64,000 bases of DNA, taken from contig LSRY02000046.1 of the NCBI GenBank assembly GCA_001643675.2, forward strand, positions 124,001 to 188,000. Direction: 5' to 3'. The stretch comes from Monocercomonoides exilis PA203. Taxonomy: Eukaryota; Protista; Preaxostyla. Made by a program: the position numbers and the translations under genes. The notes under the pieces are model-generated. The model saw only the letters and a list, made by a program, of their open reading frames with translations. It was not told the origin of the DNA and did no database searches. Each line of letters begins with the position of its first letter. Positions within the stretch are counted from its first letter, which is position 1. Positions 13,115-25,229 of this stretch are shown here, piece by piece.

Positions 13115-13774
13115 ATTTTAATTCTTGTGCCAGGAGAAAGCAGATGAACGGAGGAAGGTATCGAATAGCGCCGAGGTCATGAAATGGTGTTACATTGGGT
13201 CATGTGAATCAGACATCGAGCTCTTGAAACGGATCTTTTGAACAGAAAATGCACCTATGTAGATGTTAAGATTTTGAAATGAGAGAAAATGAATTTTCTA
13301 TTGTGAAAATCCTTATAGGATGATTGATTTTGTGTGTATTTGAGTCTATTTGAGGTTTTTCGTACAGATATCATCGGCTGCTTAATAAAAACTTACTGGT
13401 TAATATTAAATAAATTTTGTGTTTTTAATTTTTCAACTTATAATTAACCTTAAGAACTGCATTAGCAGTATTTTAAAAGTCAACGAAGCTTCATGACGCA
13501 TATGCATATTTAAGCTGTCCAGTAATTTCTAAATGAGTTGTAGAATGATGCATCAAAAGAAACAGAGTAAATCGAGAGGGAAAGCATGTATTGAAAAACT
13601 CAAAAAAATTGAAAACTGATAGAATAAAAACATTCTAAACGAAATTGATAATAAAGAATAATACTTAATAAAAACAAAAGAGGAAAAAGTGTTCATTCTC
13701 AAAAATTTGCAAGCAGACGAAGCAATCGAGCTTGCATTTTTCTTTATTCATTTCTCTTCATGATGATCTTGATT

Positions 13775-15050
13775 TTAATTGTGGATTCTGTATCTAATCT
13801 CTCGTTCTCTGAGCCAGCCTTTCTTTTCAATCTTTGGTATTCCAGTGTAAACATCCGACTCTATCCCACACTCGTTAACTCCTCTTTTGATTAAAAGAAT
13901 TCCATCCATTCCAAAATCTTCTCCCCAGGAATTCACAATAATCCAATATGGAATCCCCTCTTCCTTGTTATTTTTTGTCTCATCCCTTTTCACTTTCTTG
14001 CTTTTCTCCAAAGCGTTTTGCTTGAAGTCGTGCCATTTATCTTCTCTTTTTTCTTTCTTGATTTCTTCTTCAATTCGCTTTCGCTTTTCTTCTTCTGCTT
14101 TCTTTTCTTCTTCTGTCAACATGTGCTCGCTTTCTCTCCATACGCCCCATCCCACAATCTTTATGGCATGCAACCCCTGTTCAGATCCCATCACATGGTT
14201 GTAGACACCTCTCCAATACACTGCCAAATCGTCGTAAGTCGTAAACACTGCAGTCACTGGTCCATTTCTCATCAGCTCAAGTTGTATAGCTTCTACGTTA
14301 CGTTGAATAGAATAGCTTTTACTTGCATAATATCTGTTTGACTAAAAAAAAGAAATGCACAAATGCACAAAAATCTAACAATTTCAATAAAAAAGAAAAG
14401 CAAACAGAATAGTTATAATTTGATAATGACGAGCACTCTTTTTTGCAGGTTGGAGTCTGCCAAGAAGAACAGCCTGGATGATGACATTTCCCCATTAAAT
14501 ACGGAACGCACTCCTCTGTTGGTACCCCTGCTTTTTTTGCATATTCAAAAGCCGTTTCAGTCCATCCCCTTTAAATTCAAGCTTATTTCTCAAAAATTAA
14601 TAACTTAGAAGCCACAAACCCGTTGCAGCCATGACTCCTTGAATCGCAAGAAGTAATGTCCTGCCCAGAAAGCCATGGCTTTTCTGAACCGTTTGAATGA
14701 ATGCAGAATCTGTCTTGCAATACTTCAAATGAGCACATTGCCCAACAACTGCCGCAATGGCCTTGATCATAAATATGACCTATTGTTGGACAGTTAGGCC
14801 AATTTGTGCGAGCATCAAATGATTCAGGTATTTCATCCTCAATTTTAACAAATTCATTTTTGAATTGCAGGCTGAATGAAGGATTATGTTGAGCAGAATT
14901 CAAAGATCGAAATTTCTTTTGATTAAATGATTTAAAATGTGGATTAACTCTTGCTGTCCATCCAACATCATTTCTATTATTTATTTCATGAACCATTTTT
15001 GAAAGGTCCCAATCAGTAAAACAAAATGGAATTAAAAATAACAAAAACAT
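13775..15050 (-). CDS. Cathepsin B-like cysteine protease (~386 aa, 3 exons)
   Basis: IPESFDARTNWPNC, DQGHCGSCWA, GLHAIKIVGWG, YWIIVNSWG. Exons 15050-14620, 14568-14406 and 14341-13775 with GTTTG...AG introns keep the frame. Confidence 0.93.
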
Positions 15051-15280
15051 TTCTTCAATAATATATAACGGATTGTTTGATCAATGCACGAATTAAATGG
15101 GATAGCTTTATAAATTGCTCAATTTTTATTTAATTCAAATTCATTTTCATTAAATTTAAATTTCACGAAAGTTGAGTGAGAATAGAGGAGACAATCAAGA
15201 AAAAGAATGATTGAAAAAGAATTCTCAAATTAACTAAGAGTCAATTTTTATTTTTTTATTTTTTACTTTTTTTTTTTTTC

Positions 15281-16125
15281 TTGTGACAGACGAGGCTTCA
15301 AGTTATTTGTCAGGTCACAGAGCTATAGTTAAAATAATAAGAAAAGTGGGTCAAATCAACTTATTCAAAAAATAAAGTCTGGGTCAATAAATCACCTTAG
15401 TCTTTCTTTGGTTTTCATAATTTTGTTAATAACAGTTAACCAAATAATCCTTTCAAAGGCAAAATAAAAATATATTTTCTTAGAAAATTAATGAAAATCG
15501 AAATAACCGATTAGATCAGTTCCTTTAAAAAAAAAATTTTTTTTTAATATGCATAATTTTTTATCAAATGAATATAATTACGAATAGACGAATTGTTTCA
15601 TTCATAAAAATTCAGATCTTTTTCTCTTTGTCATTTCGAAAATTAACAGAAAAAATATTAACAACAGTGATATAAATCTTTTTAAACAAAAGTTGAATGG
15701 ACGAATAGAAGGAATTTTCTTCTTTTTTTTCAATGTTTCACAATGAAAATTTTTGAGAGATTGGTTGGGATTACAAATTTTCATAATACAAAAAGAAGGA
15801 GTACAAGAAGTGTGGATCAATAATGTGTTTAAGTGATAATTTTCGGTATCATGCCTTTTTTCGGTGAATGAATTATTTTTTGGCACAAAGAAATGTGCTA
15901 AATCCTTTTCAAAGATACGTTATATACCTTCAAATTATTGTCTTTAAAACACATGTTTTCACTGAAAGGCAGAGAAGTGCATTTATGTTTTTTCACAAAA
16001 GTATTTGATTGATCTCAAAGCGTTTACAACAAATATTTTTTTCATAAATTTTGATGGTAAAAAGATGATATCAAAAAGATTCACACATTTGACAAAGGAT
16101 TCTGTTCTGTATTGAATTTTCATAT
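15281..16125. repeat. Copy B (left part) of the inverted duplication; left flank of the giant element
   Basis: Reverse complement of 3369-4214. Begins at a poly-T tract corresponding to the A-tract inside the MITE at 4172. Confidence 0.95.
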
Positions 16126-16600
16126 GGGTGATTTTTTTTGATATCATAAAAAATTACGAAGTTTGATCATTAAAAATTTTCATTAAGGGTGGGGTTGATA
16201 AGAAATTATTTTTATAAAATAATACAAAAATATTGTTTAATTTATAATTATTATTAATTATTTGTTGATTTTTATTTGTTTTCAATTGATTTTATTACAT
16301 ATTTTGAAAAAATTATTTAAAAATATTCGAAGATATCGAGAATTCAATAAATAGAACAAAACATAAGTTATCTTGTTTGAAAAGCATGATAATGGTTGTT
16401 TCAATACTCAATAAATTAATTTCTTTTATAAAGAATTGTTAAATAATGTTATTGCATAGAATTTTATAAATTGATTATGAAGATCTTGAAACATCTATTG
16501 AAAACGAATAATTTTCATTAACACATATAGAAAAATATGATGGAAACGCATGATATTTGTCGAATAAGCTATTGTTTTTTGTTAATAATTGTATTTTAAT
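16126..16600 (+). repeat. Left terminal arm: 28-bp TIR (16126-16153) plus degenerate long arm
   Basis: Colinear weak matches to the right arm at offsets ~60 (ATTAWGGG...TGAT), ~230 (AGAACAAAA) and ~440 (AATAASCTWWTGTT..TTGTTAAT). Confidence 0.7.
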
Positions 16601-16699
16601 TAATAATTCTTGAAATTAGTTATTTAGATTAATTGATCAAAGCTATTAAAAAAATTACAAAAGAAACAACATGAAATTTAAGAATTTCTCTTCAGATAA

Positions 16700-19600
16700 T
16701 TTTAAATCTTCCATAGAATGAAAATCTTCACTTGAACTTTTTCCTTTTCCCCTCTCTTTATCCTTCATCCTCTTCCTCGTCTTTCATCCTTCATCCTGAT
16801 ACTGCCTCCTCAGTTGCTCGGCTTTTGCAGGCTGCTCTTTTTATGTGCAGACTCCACAAACACCTTTTTCATATGCAACTGTGGAAGCGATTGAAGTGCG
16901 TGCGTCTTATAACAACTGCGCCCTCTCCTTTTCATGTATATTGTGTCAGTTTCTGCATCCACTTCCTCTGAACTCAAATCCCTCTCAGTCTCGTTTTCTT
17001 TGCTCACTGTCGCTGCCCTCGATGTTATCAGCCCGCCCATACTAGCCGGAAAGACTGTCTCGAGGTTGGCTGCCACAGACATTAGAAATGTCTTCGCTTT
17101 GGGCTTTGCCAACATCACCAACATCGTGCTGTCATGCAACGGGACAGTTCTAGGGGGAAAGCTAAGAGGAGATGTGCAGAAGACTGTGCTGCCTAGGCGT
17201 GAGTGTTCACCAGTTGCTCGCATTGATTTGCATCCTCATCCAGTGCATCATCACTTGCTCAACAAACAGCGACTTCCTCTTTCTCGACTGCTCCCACAAA
17301 GCTGTCGCATCTGCAAACACCATTTCCATCCTCACTCTCCGCTAAGCCTTGAATAACGCCTTTGCGGAAAAGTATATCTTTCCCCAGTGCTGCAGCATCC
17401 AAGCCAAAACAACGAATTCCTCTTTTCCCTTCACTTTTTCCAACTCTCTCTCGTCACAGAAGCCTCCTTTTGCGACACCAACTCCTCCCGTCCCGGCCTC
17501 AACTTCGATGTCGGTCACGATCTCATCCTCTTCTTCTTCTACTGCGCCCAACAGATATTCGTCGATAAAGCCACCAGATCATCCGCTTGCACATTAATCC
17601 ACTGCATCGATAACACTCGTCAATATCTGCTGGATCTCCTCCTTCTCTTTCGAAGCCCATATCTCTCTTTCCATAATCCGATTCTGGTTTATCTCCAGAA
17701 GTCTTGATCTTGTTCATTTGAACACCATCAGTTGGCTTCCGTTGTGTTTCTCAATGGCTGCATCATCCTTTAAGCCACCTCTCCTTCAAATGTTCCTTCG
17801 CATCCTCCCTTTTTTCTCCTTCCAACCAACGTGTCTGCCTCAACTCTAAGCTTCTTTGTGCCTGCAAAAACGCCACTCACCTCTCCAACGCTCCTGTTCA
17901 TCCCTTTTGCCTCTTTCCTTATGCTTCTTGTTCTCTCACTGCTTACTCCCTTAATCTCTTCCACATCAACCTCTCAGTTCTCAAAGTAACTTCAACTTTG
18001 CTTATGTTTGACGATGAATCAATAAGCATCTTCGAACATCTTTTTATAACAGTCCTCGCCATTGTTAGCAAAAGCATAGCTCTTCTTTATCTTTCTGGAA
18101 TAAAAATGTCAGAAAGCTCCTTCATCATGATGTGTTCCGCCTTCACTACCATCTCCCTCACCTAGCTCAACAGTTTTGAACGTGTTGACCGATATCTGCT
18201 CAACATCAACAGCTCAATCATTCGGAATTATCCCTCCACCTTCCATAACAGCAACTGCTCTAGCTTTTGTGTACTCCTCATTGCCTAACCCTGGAAAGGC
18301 TACTGAATGCTTTTTCATTTACTCACATAGCAACTAAACGGTGGATATTCTTTCCTCTGCTTCGCCTCTAAACTCCCTTCCATGATGATTGTTGCAATGC
18401 TCCAAAGAGCATATGAAAAAGAAGATACGGACTGAATGATTCAGACATTCAACGAACTCTTTTTGCTTCATTGTTGCGTACTGTTACTGTTCGTCGACGT
18501 CTTCTCTTCAAACTTCTCTCCATTTCTATTTAACTTTAACATTTATCAATATCTTCATTTTTTTCTTTCAAATTTCCAATCATCATTTATTGACAAAACA
18601 AATTCTTCTTCTCTTTATCTTCATTCTCTTCATTCACTTATCATCTTCTTTTCTTTTTTTAAGAAGTTGATTTCTTTATAAATTCCATTCTTTTTTATTT
18701 CTGCTATTATCCCTTATGAAGATGCAAAAAATGAGAAATACGATTAGAAAAAGAAGAAAAAGCAGTAGTGGTAGTAGTAGAAGAGGAAGAGGAAGAAGAG
18801 GAAGAGGAAGAAGAGGAAGAAGAGGAAGAAGGAGAAAAAGAAGAAGAAGAAGAAGAAGAAGGAGCAGCAGCAGAAGAAGGAGAAGAAGAAGGAGAAGAAG
18901 AAGGAGAAGAAGAAGAATTGAAATGGAGTTGATTTTGATATGGATGAGGTGGAGTTGAAAGAAGATTATCATTTTGAAGAGGAAGAGTAAGAGTAAGAGT
19001 AAGATGTTGATGATGAGGAGAAGAAGGAGAAGAAGAATTTGAAATGAAAGATGGTGAATTTGACATGGATGATGATAAAGAAGAAGAATATGACATGGAA
19101 GAAGAAGAAGAAGAAGAAGAAGAAGATGATGATGATGAATTCAATGAAATTCCCCCTTCTCCCAACATATTCATTGAATTGGACCTTTTATGCATTTCTT
19201 TTCCTTCTCTTTCTTTTCCTTCTCTTCCTTCTCTTTTTCTTCCTCCTTTCTTCTTCTTCTTCTTTGCATTCACATTCGATTTCTTTGTTTGAACTTCTTC
19301 TTTTTCTTCTCCTCCTTCTTCTTTTGTCAATTTGACATATTTCATGTCATTTTGATTTGACATGTCTGTTTTCAACTGAGTTGCGGAATTATCTCGGAAA
19401 AAATGGAACGGCCACGAACGGGGGAATTTATTTTTGGTGATTTTTTAATTTTTGAATTATTTGAAGAAGAAGAAGGAGAAGGAGAAGAATAAGAAGTAGG
19501 AGAAGAAGCAGAACGAGAAGAAGAAATTGAAATGTTCATGTTATTTGGAGAACTAGCTTCAGTAAAGATAGGAAGATTATGCAAAAGATTATCTTGTTTG

Positions 19601-22600
19601 AAAGAAGAAGTAGAATTAAAAGAAGAAGAATTTGAAAAACATATTTCTTCTTCTTCTTTTTCTCTTCCTCTTCTTCCTTCTCTTCTTCTTTCTCCTTCCT
19701 TCTCTAATAACTCTTCTCGCTAATTCATTTATCATCTTCTTTAGTATCATTTTCTCCTTCATTTCCTGAAGAAGAACTGAATCTTTGTCTATTTCATACA
19801 ATTTGAGTGCTATTTCTGCTGGAATAAGAGAAGGATCTAATGAAAGAGAAGAAGAAGAAGATGATGATGAATTTTGAGGAGAAAGATGAGAAGGAAGAGA
19901 AGAAGAAGAAGTATTTAATAGAGAAAGAGAAGAATTTTGAGGAGAAAGACAAGAAGATGATGAAAGAGAAGAAGAATTTTGAGGAGGAGGAGGAGGAGGA
20001 GGAGGAGGAGAAGAAGAAGAAGAAGAAGAAGAAGAAGAAGAAGAAGAAGAAGAAGAAGAAGAAGAAGAAGAAGACTATGAATTAGATTGTAGCTATGAAA
20101 TAAGCAGAGTAAGGAGGACAGTTGCAGGTGAAGATGAAAGAGCATCTTTTAACAAATGAGAAAGAATTCGAGAAAGTTGACTTCGCATCGTAGAATTCAA
20201 AGGAATTGTTCCAGATGGCTGGGAGAAAAGAAAGAGAAGGAGATGTTCGCTGATAACGCTGAAGTGAAAGAGAATGAGTCGAAGGAAAAGGGAGGGAAAC
20301 TGAGGATGGAGAATTTTTTGATGTGAATGACGGAGAAGAGGGAGAAGGAGAAGGAGATTGCGAAAGCAAAAAGAGAGGAAACTGAGAGGAGGTGAAGCTT
20401 GTCTGAAGCTGATGATGAAGAATTGCTGAGAATTAGTCTTTCTTTATCTGATAGGGAAGTTCTCCTCCTCATCCACTTGCTGTTCGTGATGCATTTATTG
20501 CATGCCAACGGAAGTTGTATTAGCTCCATCAGCAGCAGAGTTTGAAGATCCACTCAGTTTTTGAGAATATGTCGTCATGCTCGATTCCAATGAAGTTGAC
20601 TGAGGCTCAGATGTTAGCTGAAAAGAAGCAAAAGCGGAATGTGTGGCTTGTTGTTCGAATGCAGCGCCAACAGCCTTCAACCGCCGAATGAGAGAGGTAG
20701 AAATGGACATTTTAGGAGAAGAGGAAGGTTTTTGATCATGGTGTGTCTCGAATATGGCTGATATTTTGTGGAGCAAGTCCTTCTTCACCATCAACCAGTG
20801 ATCAGCGGTGACAACAGCGTTGAGTGCAGTGCGCGTGGCCAGCGGACGAAGCAGCAGGCGATTGGACTACGCGGCAGAAGGGCAGAGGGGCTGCGTGGAG
20901 AATAAGATGATGGAAGGTGTTGTGATGAAGGATAGCATGGACCGAGAAATGGAAATAGAAGCGACACAAAACGTGAATAGAGAAGGTATAGAGAACATGA
21001 AGATGAAGTGAAAGATGCTGAAAGCAGCTTTGAAGGCAGAGTGCGGACGATAGAAGTGAGTGGATGAGAAAGCATGAGAGGGCACACGTTGACAAGAGGC
21101 TCCCACAAAAATTTGAGAGAAGAAGGCAGAATCGAATGCTGCTTACCTTTCTGTGGATGCTCAATGCGCAGCGGAACAACCTGAAAAGATGGATTTGTCA
21201 GTTCGAGCAGAGTTTCTCCGATGGATGGGACATATGCCGTTCATTGAGGAGGAACTAAAATTGCATTTTCTGAAACAGACAGCAGAAGTTGTTGGTCTTC
21301 GAAAAAGACAGACGAAGCAAACAAAAGCGGGTCAAGCAGAATATTCGCATTGATTGCTTAAGACTCTCTTTTTATTGCATACAAAGAGAAATTATTTTCA
21401 TCATTCTTTCTATTGATCTTGTTCTGCACATCAGGAATAGTGCTGAAGATTCCCCTCTCTTCACAGAACAGCTCCGCCGTTCCATTTGCAGCTTCTCCTC
21501 CTTCCACAGCTGCCCTTCTTTCTCCTCTCCACACATTCATCTCCTTTCTCATATTCATAATCATTTGTGCATCTTTCACTGCATCTTCTCCTCCCAAGCT
21601 GAACAGCCTCGTGCCTCACAGCAGATTCAGAAACAAGTTCGCATCATTCGCCAATATTCCCCCTGTTGCCCCGGCATGAGATGATGGAATCGTAATGGGC
21701 TTCAGAATCTGCGGCAACTTGAGGTGGTCAAAAAATGGTACAGCGCCTTTCAGAGTGAGTGGAACAAAGTAGCACCTTCTTTTTGCCTTATCTTCTGCAT
21801 CGACCGCACAAACAGCGTCTCCAGCCCTGTCTTCTGTCTGTATTCACTCCCAGTCACAGAATTGTTCCCAAAGTCTTCCACTCCTCCTCCTCCTCCTCCT
21901 CCTCCTCCTCCTCCTCAACTATCTTCTCCATTTGCATTGGCATGCCAGTCTAACAAGACATACTTGCCGAAGAAGAAGCAATCACAAACCCGTTTTCCGC
22001 AGCTGTTCAAAGGTGTGCCTGAGTTGTTCTGCCGAGTGCTGCTATGATGGCAGACAAGACAAGATGCCTTCATGGCACAGAAACAGCAATGAAAATTGTG
22101 ATTGCTGTGCCTTAGGCGCGGGTTCTGCCGGGCTTCTCTGCTGACGTCTGAGCCAATTGTGTTCTCGTCTTCTTCTTTCTCTCCATTTTCCTTTGAAGAC
22201 AAGGCTGAAGGAAAGGACAGCAATAGAGGGGTCGGACTATGCTCTCCGCAGACGATGGATGAGGTGTGTGAGAAAGAAACATGCGACTTCTTCTGAGTTC
22301 TCTTTTTGAATTTCGATGAAAGCGTCTTTTACTGCGTGCGAGGGAAGCGCAGGGCAGGGAGTGTGCTTCAGTCTTCTTCTCTTTCTGCTGCCTTGTATGT
22401 TTTATTGGCATTTGAGGCTTCAGCAGATCATGTTATGTCCAAACTGTCTTCATCAACACTTACGTCACTATCATCGCTATCTTCATTTTCATCATCTAAA
22501 CTATCTTCTTCTGCTTCTTCAGTGTCTGCTGAACCTGCTCCATTCACCCTCTCTCTCCTCTCTTCATTTCGAATCAAACAGGAAATGTTCTTTCCTTTCC

Positions 22601-23950
22601 CTCTCGATCAGATCTTTCTTTTAAGCTTCTTTGACTTGCTTTCCTCTTCCTGAACATGATTTGTAGGAAGCAGAAGGTCTGCTGACTTGGTTGTTGGGAT
22701 AATTCTTCCATGTGTCAGTTTCAGTGCGTTCTCCTTCAGCTTCGTAACTGCTTCCTTCTTCTGCCTCTCTTTCATCTCAGCTGCGTTATATATCGTTTCA
22801 ATTGAGCTGTTTTCTTTCATTTTTGTTGAGTTGAATGTGGATGAGGTGTCATATTCAAACACAGATCTGCTCTTTTTCGGTGTCTGTCAGCTGGCTTGTG
22901 TGCTTGTCAAAAACATCTTTGCACTGAGAATCCTGTCTAACTCCACGTCTTCCTTTTCCTCCTCCTCCTCCTCATCATCATCCACTTCCTCACCATATTC
23001 ATTCTTATCGGTGTCACTTCTGCTTCTTCCACTTTTCTCACTCATATCAGACTTAAAAGAGTCAAAGGCGATGCAGCCATCTGCCACACGTAGCAGCTCC
23101 AGCTCTTTCGAAAGCAGCTCACTCAGCGCATCATATAAATTCAACGTCGGACTTGCCTTTGATCTAATTACTTTTCCTTTCGCTTTTCATTTCCCTTTCA
23201 CGCTCGCTTTCTATCTCCGCTATGCTCCTCTTTGCTTTCCATACTCCAATTCATCTAATGGAAGCTCATCAAACACAGAAATAATTCTTTCCTTTTCTTT
23301 CTCCTATCTCCTTTTCCCCTTCTCATCTTTTTTCACTTTCTTTTTGTTTCAAAACTATCCTCTTGCTCGCCAATGTTACAACAATTGATTCAAAACGCCT
23401 CGTATTCTGCGCTGTAGCATTTGCATTTGTGCATCCTTTGCTTTTTTTCCTCTACTGACTCAACCCCATCGCAGTCATCATTCGCTTCCTCTTCATCTTC
23501 GGTGGTCTTCTTCTTGAAATAGCCAGCGGTACTTGTTCCATCCCTACACGGAATAGCTTCTTCTTCTTGCTGCTATAATTATTATTATTATTAATGTTAT
23601 TTCCACTTCCTCCCATCTTGTTTGTCAGCCCCAGCACTTCTGATTTAAATTCTGGTGGAGCTATTTTTGAGCCTGTATGTTCTTTTTTATAGATTGTCCG
23701 CTTGAATGCAACAAGCGCTTTTAACCTGTTGCCTTTTTTGAGTGCTCTCCCGAATGCAGTTGATGGCATGCTCAGCAGTGAAACAGAAGAAGAAAAGGAT
23801 GAAGAATTCTTTGTCAAAGGACTTGAAATCGTAAAAGAGGGAGCTGGAAAACCAACATTCGATGAGGCAGAGGCAGAAGAAGATAAAAGACTTGGAAATA
23901 ATATTTCAAAATAAAAATAAATAAAATTCCTTGAAGGGCAAACATAGAAT
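16700..23950. pseudogene. Mosaic of decayed coding-like fragments on both strands, joined by Ser/Glu trinucleotide tracts
   Basis: Higher-GC, codon-like blocks broken by stops, with apparent strand switches near 20.8 and 22.3 kb. No recognisable intact domain. Confidence 0.5.
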
Positions 23951-25087
23951 AATTAGCTTTCACTCCATTGGAAACGGAAAACAGCAAAATTCTACTCAGG
24001 ATTCAGTTGGATAATAGTGAAAGAATTTCGAATAGGAAAAGAGAAAAAGCATTCGAAATATTAAATATAAGCTTTCATAAGTTGCAAAAAATAAGCAAAA
24101 ATAGAGTATCAAACACAAAATTTCAAACCTTTTTCTTCATTATAATCCCATTTCAAATTTCAATTTTTTTATTGATCTGCAATTTGCAGAAATGCTTTTT
24201 TGATATATCAAGATAATATTTATATGTTGTTGAAGTGTTTCATGAGGTTAATAACGATTTCTGCAAATTTCCACGTTATAAAAAAGTTTTCATGATCATT
24301 GAGATCTTTTTTTATCAAAAAGTTTTTTGTTGATCTGTTTAAAAAAATTCATAATGATTTTTTTTTGATTTTGTTGGTTTTCAATATTTGATCTTGCAAT
24401 ATGGAAAAAATAAAAATGATTTCAATCAGAAAAATGCTTGTATATTCGAATTTGAGTTTTTTTCGAAATGGAAAAAATATCAATGAAATGAAAAAAATTG
24501 CGTTAAAAAATAACAATTGTTCAACAATCAATATGACATAAAAAAACAAAAAGTGCTTCATGATGTCAATCATTAATAAAATAGAAAACAATCAGAATAT
24601 TTTTAATCAGATTCAATAACATTCAAAAAAACACAATTCTGTCACATAATCATAAAAACAATCACCAAATGTCAACTAAATGTCAACAATTTTGAACAAT
24701 AAAAGATATCAGAAAAAGTAATACTATAACAACAAATTCACGGTATCAAAGACAATTCCTAACAAAATAGAATACTTATAAAAAAAGTTCAAAAACTTAC
24801 TTGTCTTTTCTCCCTCTGTTTTCCACCCACTCTTCACTTTCTGATATTTCTCTTCCTTTGACTCAAAAAGATCAAATTCAACATAGAAAAAAGACAGACA
24901 CAGTGATAAAACATCACTTCACACTCTCAACAACTCTCCCATCCAAAAACCTCACCCAAAGATCTTTGAAATCCCTCACAACTCTCTCTATTAATGAATC
25001 TCGATTAATACACACATAAGCGGGACAATAACCAATTTAATAATAGGGACATTATAGGGACAAAAACCACAAGAAAACAATCGGATT

Positions 25088-25225
25088 CTAACTGTTGTGC
25101 ACCTGGGAGGCTGTTCGTCGTATCCAGGTCCGGATAAAGCAGCCCAGAGGCTGCAGTATCTAATACGAACAGTCATGTCCAGCACCCTTCCGATAGAGTG
25201 CCAGCTAAGCATGCACAACAACTAG
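25088..25225 (-). ncRNA. Candidate structured RNA (138 nt, five stems) immediately 3' of the transposase stop
   Basis: Minus-strand pairings: CTAGTTGTTGTGCA/TGCACAACAGTTAG, CTGGCACTCT/AGGGTGCTGG, CTGTTCGT/ACGAACAG, GCAGCC/GGCTGC, TATCCG/TGGATA. G-U pairs favour the minus strand. GC-rich island in AT-rich DNA. Confidence 0.55.
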
Positions 25226-25229
25226 TTTC

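Noticed and set aside
24800-25010. Possible small second gene in the nested element
   Set aside because: Short, interrupted by stops, and no recognisable motif.
25125-25145. CAGGTCCGGATAAAGCAGCC resembles the bacterial SRP RNA domain IV sequence
   Set aside because: The UCC-GNRA-GGA tip cannot form, competing hairpins use these bases, and G-U bias favours the opposite strand.
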